A DNA stretch of 64,000 nt from the NCBI RefSeq assembly GCF_009914755.1, contig NC_060940.1, one strand, 5' to 3'. Every line of letters starts with the position of its first letter. The stretch's first letter is position 1. The stretch comes from the human T2T-CHM13v2.0 reference genome, Homo sapiens. Positions 12,846 through 26,580 of this stretch are shown here, piece by piece. Position numbers and translations under genes: made by a program. The notes under the pieces were generated by a model. That model had not been told where the DNA came from. It worked only from the letters and a program-made list of their open reading frames with translations, and did not search any database.

Positions 12846-13469
12846 GAATGGAAAAGGTAACCAAGGGAGAAAATAATTATTTTGCCTTGTGTCCAGATGA
12901 GGTTTTTCACATTCTTGGCTGGTCTTTTCACTCACTGCTTAAACTCTTTGGAGAGCCTTTACTCCCTTCAGGGGAAAGGATCGAGGCCCTTCCGATGTGG
13001 CCTTTTCTTGAGTCTCCAGCCCCATCTCTTACCACTCCTCCCAACACAGAGGTATGCACAGACGATATGCAAGCACACAGGAGATCATCTAAATGAGACT
13101 CGAGCAGAGAGTGATTAAGGAAGACTTCCTGGAGGAGGTAATGCAATCTGAATTCTGAAGTGTGAGCAGGGGCTTTGTAACAGTGTTTCCATTTATTTGT
13201 GTCTATCCTGATGCATTCTAAAAAGGAAGTAAGATGGTTGGCTTAAGAAATACACAGAGCAGGATAAAAAGAAAATTAGGTAAAACATAGGGTGAGCTTA
13301 TTTGCCTTTTATGTACATTGCTGCATTTGATTTCAGAAAAGCTTTTTAAAGTTGCAGTTTTATTTTCATTTTCCAGATGAGGAAGCCAAGACCCAGTGGT
13401 TGAAGTACCTTGCCCAGAGCACACAGTCTTGACAGGCAGTGGAAGCAGAACAGAACCAAGCTGGTTTGG

Positions 13470-13570
13470 TACCAGTCTGTGAGTTTTCAGCCGTGTGCAC
13501 TAGTATAAAAGATGTGCTTTTACCAGTCTGTGAGTTTTCAGTTGTGTGCACTAGTATAAAAGATGTGCTT
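13470..13570. repeat. 51-bp tandem duplication (2 copies)
   Basis: TACCAGTCTGTGAGTTTTCAG(CC/TT)GTGTGCACTAGTATAAAAGATGTGCTT at 13470 and 13521. Confidence 0.97.
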
Positions 13571-13679
13571 GTGACTTCCGTGGCTTACCTCCCTGCATAG
13601 AGCTCAAGACCTGAAGGTGCTGCATGGGGCAGTAAAGGATGGCTGTGTACTTTGAAGACTGAAAAGTGAGTGAAGGGGG

Positions 13680-14056
13680 TGTATTAGTCCATTCTCACAC
13701 TGCTAATAAAGACATACCCGAGACTGGGTAATTTATAAAGGAAAGAAGTTAATTGACTCACAGTTCAGCATGGCTGAGGAGGCCTCAGGAAACTTACAAT
13801 CATGGTGGAAGGGGAAGAAAACGTGTCCTTCACATGGTGGCAGCAAGGTGAAGTGCTGAGCAAAAGGGAGAGAAGCCCCTTATAAAACCATAAGATCTTG
13901 TGAGAACTCACATTCACTACCATGAGAATGGCAGCATGAGGGTAATCACCCCCATGACTCAATTAGCTCCTACCAGGTCCCTCCCACAACATGTGGGGAT
14001 TATGGGAACTACAATTCAAGATGAGATTTGGGTGGGGACACAGCCAAACCATATCA
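13680..14056 (-). mobile_element. THE1C/D-like MaLR solo LTR
   Basis: TGTATTAGTCCATTCTCACACTGCTAATAAAGACATACCCGAGACTGGG...GAGATTTGGGTGGGGACACAGCCAAACCATATCA. Confidence 0.92.
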
Positions 14057-14059
14057 GAA

Positions 14060-14600
14060 GGGAACTGGGAAAGACATTTCAGGCAGAAGAGTCAGCGTGT
14101 TCAAAGCAAGAGGGGTGTGAAGGAGCATGGCATGTTGGAAGGATAGTAATTAGCTCATGATGGTTGGGAGTGTTAAGAGCACTGCTGAGAGATGGGGCTG
14201 GAGACACAAGCAAGGGCCACATCTGAAGGGCTTCATATAGCCCTTGGCCTGAAGGGAGTGAAAATTCTTGAAGGAGTTTAAGCAGTGAGTGACAAGACTG
14301 AGAATGTTAAAAACCTCACTTGTACAGCAATGTAAGCAAGTCTAGGTCGGGAGAAGCCTGGAGACCGAGAGGCCAGTTACAGGGCTTGCTGCAGTCATAG
14401 AACAACAAGATGGTAGAAATGATAAGGAGGGTGTTAGAGTTTGGGAGCTATTATGGAGAAACATTAGACAGAGGTGGGCCCCTGGATTGGGGATGGGTAA
14501 AGGTAACGAATTCTCACTTGGGCAGCCAGCGAGGTGATGCCATTCATGAGGCAGGGATGGTGGGGAAGAACCAGCTTAGTGCTTGAAGGTGATGAGTAGA
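14060..14600 (-). mobile_element. L2 relic
   Basis: Purine-rich L2-like motifs such as GGAGTTTAAGCAGTGAGTGACAAGA and GAGGCCAGTTACAGGGCT. Confidence 0.5.
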
Positions 14601-14967
14601 GATGATGATGGTCATAAACAACTAATAAAGAAAATGAGCTTCACTTTTTTACCTTCTGTTCTGTCTAGTTGTTTAGTTTATTGAGGCCTTAGAAAAAAAT
14701 ATGACAGCCCCAGAGAAAATACTGTCAATAAAAGTTAAATGTATTTATTTTGATAAGACATTGTTTTTATTGCAAAAGTAATATATACACAGACAATTTA
14801 GAAATTACAGACAAGCCAAAGAAAATGTTGTTACACAAATGCAATGTTACAATGACTTGTAACACTTTGGTGTGTTTCCTTTTTTTTCTAAGCACATATG
14901 TGTAAATATATGCATTTTTAGAGGATTTCAGTAATGTTCTCATGATTAAATATATCATGCACATCCT

Positions 14968-15281
14968 TCTTTCTTTTCTTTCTTGCTTTTTTTTTTTTTT
15001 TTGAGACATGGTCTAGCTCTGTCACCTGGGCTTGAATGTAGTGCAATTCTGGCTCACTTCAACCCCCATCTCTTGAGTTCAAGTGATCCTTCTGCCTCAG
15101 CCTCCCAAGTAGCTGGCACTACAGGTGTGTGCCACCATGCCCAGCTAATTTTTGTATTTTTTGTTGGGACAGGGTTTTGCCATGTTGCCTAGGCTTGTCT
15201 CAAACTCCTAGGCTCAAGTGATCCACCCACCTTGGCTTCCCAAAGTGTTGGGATTACAGGCATGAGCCACCATGCCTGGCA
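14968..15281 (-). mobile_element. AluJ
   Basis: Antisense dimer. Confidence 0.92.
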
Positions 15282-15558
15282 CATGCACATCTTTCAATAA
15301 CATTGGTAATTCTATAAGATCATTTTGGAGATTGCATGGTATTCCATTTATGAATGCACTGTCTCCTGTTCAACTATGTTTCTGCTGAGACATTTAGGTT
15401 GTTTCCATTTTTGTTTTTACTATTACAAACAAGTCTGCAGTAAAGTAATGAAAATTTAAATTTTCCAATTAACCTTTGGTTTTTAGTAGTGCAATTTAGT
15501 TTATGAAATTAAGTTTGGGCATGGTTTGTTTTTTTAAGTGGTTGTAGAAAGAAACAGA

Positions 15559-15852
15559 TTTTTTTTTTTTTTTTGAGACGGAGTCTCACTCTGTCACCCA
15601 GGCTGGAGGGCAGTGGTGTAATCTCGGCTCACTGCAACCTCTGCTTCCCGGGTTCAAGCAATTCTCTGCCTCAGTCTCCCGAGTAGCTGAGATTACAGGC
15701 ACCTGCCACCACACCCGGTTAATTTTTGTATTTTTAGTAGAGACGGGGTTTCACCATCTTGGCCACGCTGGTCTTGAACTCCTGACCTCATTATCCACCT
15801 GCCTCAGCCTCCAAAAGTGCTGGGATTACAGGCTTGAGCCACCACGCTTGGC
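15559..15852 (-). mobile_element. AluS (Sq/Sx-like)
   Basis: Antisense dimer; GAAACAG on both sides. Confidence 0.93.
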
Positions 15853-16894
15853 GAAACAGTTGTTTTTAAATTGCTCTGAAAAAATATGTGGTCTCTCATT
15901 CTCATGTATGAGAGCAAACTGATATAAGGTATGACTATTAAAAAGGAAGTATGGAAACTATCTGTCAGTTGAGTCATTCTTTAACTTTCAGTGAGGACAG
16001 AGACCACATTTTCTAATGAGATTCCTTTGCTTTAATGACTTTTTCAGTGTCTCCCCAAGGAGCATACAAAATTTTGTCAATTCTTCAAAATGATGTACAA
16101 ATTGATAAACCTCATGAATAATTGCAATTGTAGTTAAATTAAACTTCCTTTTGATTGCGTACAATAAATTTTTTGCATACATCTTTAAAATTTTTTCCCT
16201 TAATTTAGCAGCAGACTTTGAGGATAGGAAACATATTATAGCTGACCTTTTTTAACTGATCATTGCCCTTTTCCTTAGAGTTTCTACTGACTAAACTCTG
16301 CTAGGTGTCTGCTCTCTCTGCCCTTGTCAAGCCTCTAATAGTCAAACATCTGAAATTCCTCTTTTCCAGTGAAGATCCTGCAGAGTACTTGGAAGAGAAA
16401 AGGAGATATTTCTGGCTTGTCTGGACAAGGTTAGACCCCCGATAGCAGCAGAAAAGGGATACGGGATGTCAGTGATAAATGGGTGGTCTCTGTTCAAACA
16501 ATACAATGCATGCATTCTCCCATAGTGCTTGGAAAATCCCCAGTAGCTGTGTACTCCAAGCCATCCTGGTTGGATGTAGATACATTTCACCAGTCTCAGT
16601 ACCCTTTTTCTTTCATAAATATCTTCTATTCTAAAAGAAAGTGAATAGAAAATACAAGCTAATCTCACACATAACCTAAGCGTAACATAAAGGAGAAATT
16701 TTAAAAATTTAATTTACAGTAAACATACATTTTAGCCAGATGCTTGTACTTATACCTAGAATCGTTGTGAATGTGACACCTACAAATGCAGACTGATACT
16801 GGAGTGATACATTGATGACTCAAATACCACAGGGGGCATCACCATTGGTATTGTAATTTTCCAGAATGATGAACTACAATGGGTTAAGTTATGC

Positions 16895-17006
16895 GTGAAG
16901 CAACATCCAGTTTTCCTCGCCTTTATAAAGTGCATTCCTAAAAATTCAGTGAAGCAACATCCAATTTTCTTTGCATTTATAAATTGTATTCCTAGAAAAT
17001 TCAGTG
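16895..17006. repeat. ~54-bp diverged tandem duplication, possibly within an old hAT-Charlie relic
   Basis: GTGAAGCAACATCCA.TTTTC...TTTATAAA.TG.ATTCCTA.AAAATTCA at 16895 and 16949. Confidence 0.85.
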
Positions 17007-17241
17007 CATTTAAAACTACTCAAAAGTATTTTGTGTTTTATGTGTAAATTAAAGTTAGATTTTAGGCTCACATCATTGTAAATAGGTTTTTCATCTACTT
17101 GAAAGACATTCAAAGCTCATGTCTGACATGAGACAGCTTTTTTTTTGCATGACTGACCCACATATTATTGGGCATCTCTAATCCCAGGACCCCAGCAAGT
17201 TGTACCCCATTCATTGTTAGAGCCAAAATACAAACAAACTA

Positions 17242-17535
17242 GGCCGGGCGTGGTGACTTAATGCCTGTAATCCCAGCACTTTGGGAAGCTGAGGCGGGCA
17301 GACCTGAGGTTGGGAATTTGAGACCAGCCTGGCCAACATAGTGAAACCCTGTCTCTACTAAAAATACAAAAATCAGCTGGGCGTGGTGGCATGTGCCTGT
17401 AATCCTAGCTACTTGGGAGGCTGAGGCACGAGCACTGCTTGAACTTGGGAGGCAGAGGTTGCAGTGAGCTGAGATAACTCCTGCACTCAAGCCTGGGTGA
17501 CAGAGTGAGACTCTGTCTCAAAAAAGAAAAATAAA
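17242..17535 (+). mobile_element. AluS
   Basis: Full dimer. Confidence 0.92.
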
Positions 17536-17719
17536 GCAAAACCCCCAAATACTGACAAACTTACAAATTGTCCCTTTAGGTGGGTATAATTCCCCTGCCT
17601 TCACCTCAATCACTGGTTAAGCAGCTCCTGACTGTTTTTCTTTTTTGGACCTGGGAGGATTTTCCTCTGAGGTACAGAGAATTAGGTCAACTTGAGTCTG
17701 ATTTAAAAAAAGTATTTAT

Positions 17720-18257
<538 letters not shown>

Positions 18258-18275
18258 TGTCTCTTGTTTTCTTAG

Positions 18276-18634
<359 letters not shown>

Positions 18635-19836
18635 TGGTCTGTTTCTTGATTCTGATTAGGCCAGGTTTGTGACTCAACTTTTTGTCTCTGGTGAGGCTGT
18701 CATGCTCTGAGCTCTGCTTGTGCTGCTGACCACGCCTCTGCCCCCAGCCATATGGTAACCACACATGGCACCACCTCTCCGGCAGGCCTGGGCCTCCCCA
18801 GCTCTGTGGCTGTGTCCGGGACTGAGTCTCCCTATGACTCCTCTTCACTCTCCCTTCTGGAAAATTCATCTTTTCCTTGGCAGGTTATATCATAATTTCA
18901 TATTCATTTGATCACTTCAGACATCCTATATTCAACTGTACAGTCCTGTTTTGTCTACACTTATCTATCTGAAATCCTATGTTATTAGGCTGTGTGTCTG
19001 TTAGAAGAGGCAACTTGGCAGTGTGGAAAGAGCATTAGAACTGGAATCAGAGGACAGTGAGTAAAAAGTGAGAGGGCTGATCACTAGATAATCTGCAGCT
19101 TCAAAGAAAAAGTTAATATGTTAATTTGTATAAAATATCATATCTGCCTACCTCATAGAACCTTCATAAGCATTGAATGCAAGTGAAAAATCGTAAAAGC
19201 ATAAGGCATTATTATATAGCCCTTACTGTAATAAAAGATGCATAATACATGCTTTTTAAATGACAAAAGATATAATGGCATACACTACTAATTGGTAAAG
19301 AACATAAGGCTGGATAATAGAATCTGCAAACCCAGATATAGGCTGTTTTATTTAGTAGGGATGTAGTCTTCAATAAATGTTAAATGAACATATGTGCTCC
19401 AGAAAAGTTATTCAAAACCTTCATTTGGGGGTATTTAAAAGACAGTAACTCTCAGATATTTAGTGCTTGGAAGTCCACATAGATGTTCTGGAGTGTCAGC
19501 AGATGTGTGAGGTTGATTTCTGCCTGTTGTCATGAGAACACAGCTTGTCTTTATTGGCCTTTAGGAACATGACCCTAAAAGTCAGCCTGACAGTGATATT
19601 CTTCTATGAAAAGAGAGACTACTACCCAAAGGAGCTGTAACAGGAGACCTGAGGAGTCAGATATGATCAGATGATCTGTTTCCATTTACAGAGTCCTGAA
19701 AATCTTTGAGGCTGGTAGCCGCAAGTCATAGTTCCAGCCAGTGCTGTGCTGAACCATGTTGCAAAAGGAAGGATGTGTACTACATACTATATAACTGGAT
19801 ACATGATTTTACGTATTTTTAAAACCAGTTATTGGC

Positions 19837-20161
<325 letters not shown>

Positions 20162-20327
20162 CTATGAGTTTGCTTCCATTAAAACCAGCAAAATAAATTT
20201 ATAGTAAATTCTGATTTTGGTATAAATCAAATACTTAATGTGAGTTTTAATATATCTACTTTTCAATTGTTTCAATATTTTAAAACTAGTGTTCTGAAAA
20301 AAATTGATATCTGCTTAAGGTATTATT

Positions 20328-20623
20328 TTTATTTTATTTTATTTTTTTTGAGATGGCGTCTCACTCTGTCGCCCAGGCTGGAGTGCAGTGGTGCAAACTT
20401 GCAAGCTCCGCCTCCTGGGTTCACGCCTTTTTCCTCCTCAGCCTCCTGAGTAGCTGGGACTACAGGTGGCCGCCACTGCGCCCAGCTAATTTTTTTCGTA
20501 TTTTTAGTAGAGATGGGGTTTCACCGTGTTAGCCAGAATGTTCTCGATCTCCTGACCTCATGATCCACCTGCCTCGGCCTCCCAAAGTGCTGGGATTACA
20601 GGCGTGAGCCACCGCGCCCGGCC
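20328..20623 (-). mobile_element. AluY
   Basis: Y diagnostics; TSD AAGGTATTATT at 20317-20327 and 20624-20634. Confidence 0.92.
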
Positions 20624-20739
20624 AAGGTATTATTACATAGAATTTATCATAATTAAACATCAAAAATACGTAAAAAACATGTGAATAGGGTTGTATGTTT
20701 TTCTGTTGTAGGCTCCAATATGGCTTAACATGGCACTAT

Positions 20740-20919
20740 CAGTTCTTGTTTTCATTTAAAATGTTATTTTGTTCTTTATGGATTTTTGCATTAATTTAGA
20801 TTTTAAAAAATATTATATTAAAATATTATTTATCTTGACGACTGAGTTTTTGTGCCCCGCCCCTTATATTTTCTGCCTGAGGTTAGTGTTTCACTTGCCT
20901 GAACCTGTTCCTGGCCCTG
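20740..20919 (-). mobile_element. MER96B-like hAT-Tip100 fragment
   Basis: TGGATTTTTGCATTAATTTAGATTTT...TAAAATATTATTTATCTTGACGACTGAGTTTTT...CACTTGCCTG..CCTGGCCCTG. Confidence 0.7.
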
Positions 20920-21059
20920 GTCCCAACCCTCTATCCCAACAAACTATAATGCAAAAACTGCTACAGGAATGAAAACTGTGCTCACTACGCTAGAGGAGAT
21001 ATTCAAATCCAACTAATTTCTCCACAATCCAAGTGAGTCCAGGAAGCAACATGTCAAGT

Positions 21060-21390
21060 GGGGCAGGGAATGTGAGCTTTAGGGCTAGACAGATCTGGAA
21101 TTAAATCCTGCCTTGCCTCCTTATGAGTCTGAGTAATTACTTACCCAGTCTGAGCCTGTTTGCTTATTTTTAAAAGGATCAGTCATTTTTTAGTGAGAGT
21201 TAAACAAGATCGCTTGTGTAAAGCCTCTGTATTCAATGAATGTTCACCTGTCTCCTTCCCTATTTTAGAAATAGTAGATTGACTCACAAACACTGAGTTG
21301 CCCAAAGACTTGCTCCCAGAAGTGCTGGCATTGAAATTTGAACCCAGGTGTAGAGAAAGTCCCGTGCTCTTCTCACTAAATTGCACTAAT
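21060..21390. mobile_element. Two MIR fragments in opposite orientation
   Basis: MIR core-like motifs GAGCTTTAGGGCTAGACAGATCTGG and GAGTTGCCCAAAGAC...GAAATTTGAACCCAGG. Confidence 0.55.
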
Positions 21391-21639
21391 TCTAGCTGCT
21401 GCAGGGTTGCGTCTTTCTAAGGACATAATTCCTAGTTATACCAGCTACATCCAAGAGAACTTGGATAAGCAGCTCTGGAGCAGAGGTGGAATATGTAGCC
21501 CTTTGACCCGGCCATATACCACCAAAATATAAACATCAATGCAGAAATTAATGCCATCTCCTCTTTCTGACTCTACAAATATTTATTAGCAAGGGATAAG
21601 ATTTCCGAAAGATCTGAAGAGAGTCAAGAAACTTTTTTC

Positions 21640-22305
21640 CCCCCTTTTCTTTAGAGGCAAGATCTCACCACGTTTTCTGGGCTAGTCTCGAACTCCTGGC
21701 CTTGTTACCATGGCAAATCCCACAGGTCTGCAGCAACCTCAATTCTCATTTCCTCAGAAGAAATAATTTGACTGAGGGGCAGAAGGCAGAAGGAGATACT
21801 GAGGCAAGTTTTAGAGCAGAAGTGAAAGTTTATTAAAAAACTTCAGAGCAGGAATGAAAGGGAGGAAAATATACTTGGAAGAGGGCCAAGTGGGTGACCT
21901 GAAAGACAAGTGTGTGGTTTGACCTTTTGATTTGGGGTTTTATACATCAGCATACTTCCAGGATCTTGGGTTACTTCTCCCCACTCCTGAAAGCTTATCC
22001 AGAAGTTGATCAGTTTCAGGTGTTTTCTATTTATTGGGAGCCTGCCTTTCCCTAGCACCGGCTGGGACCAATTATTACTTTAGAGAGACAGTTAACAACC
22101 CCCTCGCCTGCCCAAGACTCCTGGGTTGGGGATGGGGGAACCCTCTCCTGCCCATTCCTTCCCTCTCCTGCCAACTCCTCGCCTCTCCTGCCCTGCCCTG
22201 CTCCACCCATGTCTGACTAGCTACTTACTGTAACAGCCTCAAGTGATCCTCCCACGTTGGTCTCTCACAGTTCTGGCATTCTAGGTGTGAGCCACTGTGC
22301 ATGCC
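21640..22305 (-). mobile_element. Alu monomer (FLAM-like) split by an LTR
   Basis: TAGAGGCAAGATCTC...GAACTCCTGGCCT, then the LTR, then GCCTCAAGTGATCCTCCCAC...GTGAGCCACTGTGC. Confidence 0.8.
21703..22235 (-). mobile_element. MER51-family (ERV1) solo LTR
   Basis: TGTTA...TAACA termini and a 4-bp TSD GCCT (21699-21702, 22236-22239). Internal GGTCTGCAGCAACCTCAATTC and GGCAAGTTTTAGAGCAG..GTGAAAGTTTATTAAAAA. Confidence 0.88.
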
Positions 22306-22710
22306 CTCAAGGAACTTGAATACTGTACTTTTCAACATATGAGACAATTTGCAATTAGGAATTAGATATGTTTGTTAATTGTATGTATGCATTTTGGTAT
22401 ATTTCTTGTGATGATTGATATTTTATCTCATTTTAGAGGCAGATTGTATAGAATAAATTGAAATTTGCTTAGTGATGGTGGAAAGCTTTGCATCTCTTTT
22501 AGGGGTGATTAGCTATGCTTACAATAAAACTGTGCATATATATATTTGGAACATCCTTATAATAAAAAAATAAGCAACCTACATGTCCAACAATAAAATA
22601 GTGTTTATATGAATTATGGCATACCATAGAATATTATGCTGTGATTAAACATGGTATTCCCAAAATATAAAATGAAAAAATGAGGACATAAGACTGTTTA
22701 ATATGTATCT

Positions 22711-23012
22711 GGCTGGGTGCAGCAGCTCATGCCTGTAATCCCAGCAATTTGGGAGGCTAGGCAGGAGGACTGCTTGAGCCCAGAAGTTGGAGACAAGCCT
22801 GGGCAACATGGCAGAACCTTACCAAAATAATACAAAAATTAGCCGGGTGTGCTGGCTCGTGCCTGTGGTCCCAGTTACTCGAGAGGCTGAGGTGGAAGGA
22901 TCCCTTGAGCCCAGGAGGCAGAGGTGCATTGAGAGCCATGTTCATGCTACTGCACTCCAGCCTGGGTGACAGAGTGAGACCCTGTCTCAAAAAAAAAAAA
23001 AAAAAAAAAAAA
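22711..23012 (+). mobile_element. AluJ embedded in an old L1ME 3' relic
   Basis: Full dimer with an A tail; AT-rich L1ME-like flanks at ~22560-23230. Confidence 0.9.
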
Positions 23013-23325
23013 CTGTATAATATAAATCTAACTCTGCAAAGTTTTTAAAAATGTACTTATGTAAATAGAGAAAACAACTAAATAAAGATATTGAAATGTT
23101 AACGGTAATTAGTGATGGGATTATAGGTGACTTTTATTTTTTAAACAGTCTTTCATAGATTTTTCCAAAATGTCTATAAATTAACAAATATTATTTTTCT
23201 ATAATTAAAAAATACTTTAAAATACAGTTTCTTTAATGGTGGAGTTTAAATGATATCCAAAATAGACCTGCCCAGTTTTATTTTGGAGCAAATAAATTTG
23301 ACAATTAGAACAATTGCAATGTATG

Positions 23326-23633
23326 TTTTTATTTTTATTTTATTTTTACTTTTATTTTTTCTAAAGACAAGGTCTTGCTCTGTCACTCAGGCTGCATAAT
23401 CATAGCTCACTGCAGCCTCAAACTCCTGGGCTCAAGCGATCCTGCTGCCTTAACCTCCCAAGCAGCTAGGACTACAGGCGCATGCCACCAGGCCCAGCTA
23501 CTTTTAAAAATTTTTGTAGAGACAGGATTTTGCTATGTTGCCCAGGCTGGTCATGAACTTTTGGCCTCAAGCAATCCTCACTGCCCCACCTCCCAAAATA
23601 CTGGGATTACAGATGTGAGCCACCACACTTGGC
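23326..23633 (-). mobile_element. AluJ
   Basis: Antisense diverged dimer. Confidence 0.9.
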
Positions 23634-23688
23634 TTCAATGTATGTCTAAATAGTCATACAAACCTTTAAGTAAAGGAAATTTTTTTAA

Positions 23689-23866
23689 CTTTTTTTTTTT
23701 TTTTTTAAAGACAGGGTCTTGCTTTGTTGCCTAGGAGTGCAGTGGCTCTTCACAGGTGTGGTCACAGTGCACTCTGGCCTAGAACTCCTGGCTTCAAGAC
23801 ATCCTCTCTTCTTGCCTCAGCCTCCTGAGTAGCTGAGAATACAGGCAGGTGCTACCATACCCAGCT
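23689..23866 (-). mobile_element. FAM/FRAM-like Alu monomer
   Basis: Antisense monomer containing GCTCTTCACAGGTGTGGTCACAGTGCAC. Confidence 0.8.
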
Positions 23867-24528
23867 TATGTTAAGGAAATTTTGAGTCACCTTTGTCCTG
23901 GTTTAGCCATAGTTCTTAATGTTAAAAAAGAACTTTATTTCTGGTGCCAAAGTATCACCACAGTTTTTACTGATTTGTTCTTATATGCTTTCACCTCTGG
24001 AATATAAAATAAGTTAGGAGCAAAATATATGTAATGGAATGCTGTACGTAGGGAGAAAATTGTGTTGACCATAACCCCTGAAAAAGAAAAATAATGCATC
24101 TCTCATTTGTAGCAGCAGTAAATTGAACAAATGCTTTGCTTTGTTTCCCACTTACAATATTAAAGAAGACATTTGATATGTCATGGCACACACTCCTTTC
24201 CTGATCTTTTTCCTAACACTCCTCTCCTTGTGAATGTTTACCTTTCACTCTGCTGAGTGTCTGTATCTTTTTTTTACCCTCTAACATTAACCCATCTCCT
24301 TGTCACTAGAAGGGAAGCAGATGTGAGCATAGCTGTTCCATAGTACCACTTTCCCCATCTATATGACTACCACAGAAACAATCATGTTCTTATAGAACTC
24401 TGCTGCCCCCATCTCTGTTGTTTGGCCCAGGGGTTGGGGACACCACACAAACCACGTCAAAGACTTCTAGACTTTTCCTCTGGTAGGGGAGACTTTAGAT
24501 GCAAATATTGGAAACTGTTATTATTCGT

Positions 24529-25004
24529 TGTTGTAGTTGAATTATGTCTCCTGCAAAAAGGTATGTTGAAGTCCTAGCCCCCAGTACCTCAGAATGTGAC
24601 CTTATTTGGAAATAGGGTGTTTATACATGTAATCAAGTTACAATGAGGTCATTAGAGTAGGCCCTAATCAATAGGACTGGTGTCCTTATATAATAAAAAA
24701 GGGAAATTTAGACTCAGAGACAGACACACACAGAAGGAAGATCATGTGAAGAGATACAGGGAGGAGATGGTTATGTGACTGGAGTAACGCATCTAAAAGC
24801 CACTGGCTGTCAAGGATTGCCCACAAACATGGGAAGCTGGGAGAGGCCAGAAAGGATTCTCCCCAAGAGTCCTCTGAGTGGGCATGCCCTGCCAACTCCT
24901 TGAGCTTGGACTTCTAACCTCCAGAATTGTAAGACAATAGATTTCTGTTGTTTTAAGACAACTCGTTTTTAGTGTGTTGTTATAGCAGCCCTAGAAAATA
25001 ATAC
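24529..25004 (+). mobile_element. MLT1C-like MaLR solo LTR
   Basis: GTATGTTGAAGTCCTAGCCCCCAGTACCTCAGAATGTGACCTTATTTGGAAATAGGG...GTTATAGCAGCCCTAGAAAATAATAC. Confidence 0.88.
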
Positions 25005-25611
25005 TGTGTTGTGTGTTTTTTTTTTCTCATCATATGGAGTGGAGAGAACTAGTGAGAGTATGCAGGTTTTTTTTTTTTTTTTTTGAGAGAAGAGTCACAG
25101 TGAGTCTGATAGCTTTTGAATCTTGGTTTTGAGTCCTTTCTGAGACCTAAATGCATGACTGTCGTTTCTGTGTATTGGTTATTCAATCTTTTCTTGGATT
25201 ACATGAACCGATTATCAGTTTTTGTGAGGGTGGAGTGTCTAAGTTGATTGAGTTGGATTTCTGGCACTTTTCTGGCACTTGCAATGAGAAATAGCTAATG
25301 AATCCTGAGTATCTAAGCAGCCTAGGAACGTGATATTTTCTAATACAAATGACACAAAACTTTTTTAGGTGTTGTATTACCTGAAGGCCAAAGTTCTCCT
25401 TTTCTAACACTATGACACATTGATATATTTAATTCCTCACATAAAACAGGAAAAAATTACTTGAAGAATATACAGCTTTTATTATAAGGATGCAGGCAGG
25501 TCTCATGCATCTGAGCTTTTTATTTATTTGTTAATGTTCATTCATGTTGTCTTTTTTTCAATTGGAACCACCAAAACTTAAGAAAAAATTATGGGAGAAA
25601 TAAATTTTAGT

Positions 25612-26580
25612 TTAATGATTGAACATCTGCTATGTGCAGGCACTGAGCTAGGTGTTATGTTACAACTGTGAGCAGGACTAAATCCTTGCCTTGGAGGAGT
25701 TTATAACCTAGTAGGGGAAAAAGAGAAGTAAACAGAGTGCCAGGTGTTGTGGTGTGAGCCTGTAGTCCTTGGAGCTGAGGTGAGAGGATGGCTTTAGCTC
25801 AGGAATTTGAGGCCATGGTGCACTATGATCAGGATTGAGAATAGTCACTGCACTCCAGCCTGGGTAACATAGCAAGACACTGTCTCTGAAAAAAAAAACA
25901 CAAAAAACAAAATTAAAACAGGTAATCAAAATACAGTGACTAGGTTGTAGCATGACTAGATTATGGAGTGCAAGGTATGAAATTTTTGAGATAAAAGAGA
26001 TAGATCAAGAAATGCCTTTCATGCCACATAAAAGAGTTTTGTTTAGACCAATGGCAGTGGGAGTAGGTTTTGAGCAGCAGGGTGAGAAAGGTAGGACTGA
26101 GCCTTTGAAAGTTCTAGTGCTTTAGAAGAGGCTCAGCATTTCAGTTAGGAAGACTGTGTGTAACATAGGTTTGAGATGGTAGTGGTCTCCTCCCCCAGGA
26201 TGGTGGTGATAGAGATGGAGGGGAGTGGACTGGTTCAGGGAAAATTATTAATAGGAGTTGAAATTGACAGGCTTGGTCATGGGTGGTTGTGAGGGAGAGA
26301 AAGTCAGGTGTCTGGCTGAGGAGCTTTGCTGGATGGAAGTGCTATTTGCTGAGGCAGCAGACAGGAAGGGGAGTGGTTTGGGAAAGAGTGGGGGATGATG
26401 CGAGCATTGCTGAATGTGATGGGCTGTAGGACCAACAGTGGGGATGTCCACAAGAGTTGGCTATATATCATTGATGCTCAGTGGAGGGGCCAGAGGATTT
26501 GAATATAGTTAATAATTAAAAATGCGGATGTGATTACCAAGGGAGTACATATTATGTAAGAAAATCAAACAATGAGGACG
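25612..26580 (-). mobile_element. L2 relic with an inserted Alu monomer (+, ~25738-25915)
   Basis: ATTGAACATCTGCTATGTGCAGGCACTGAGCTAGG marks the L2 end; a FAM-like monomer lies inside. Confidence 0.65.
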
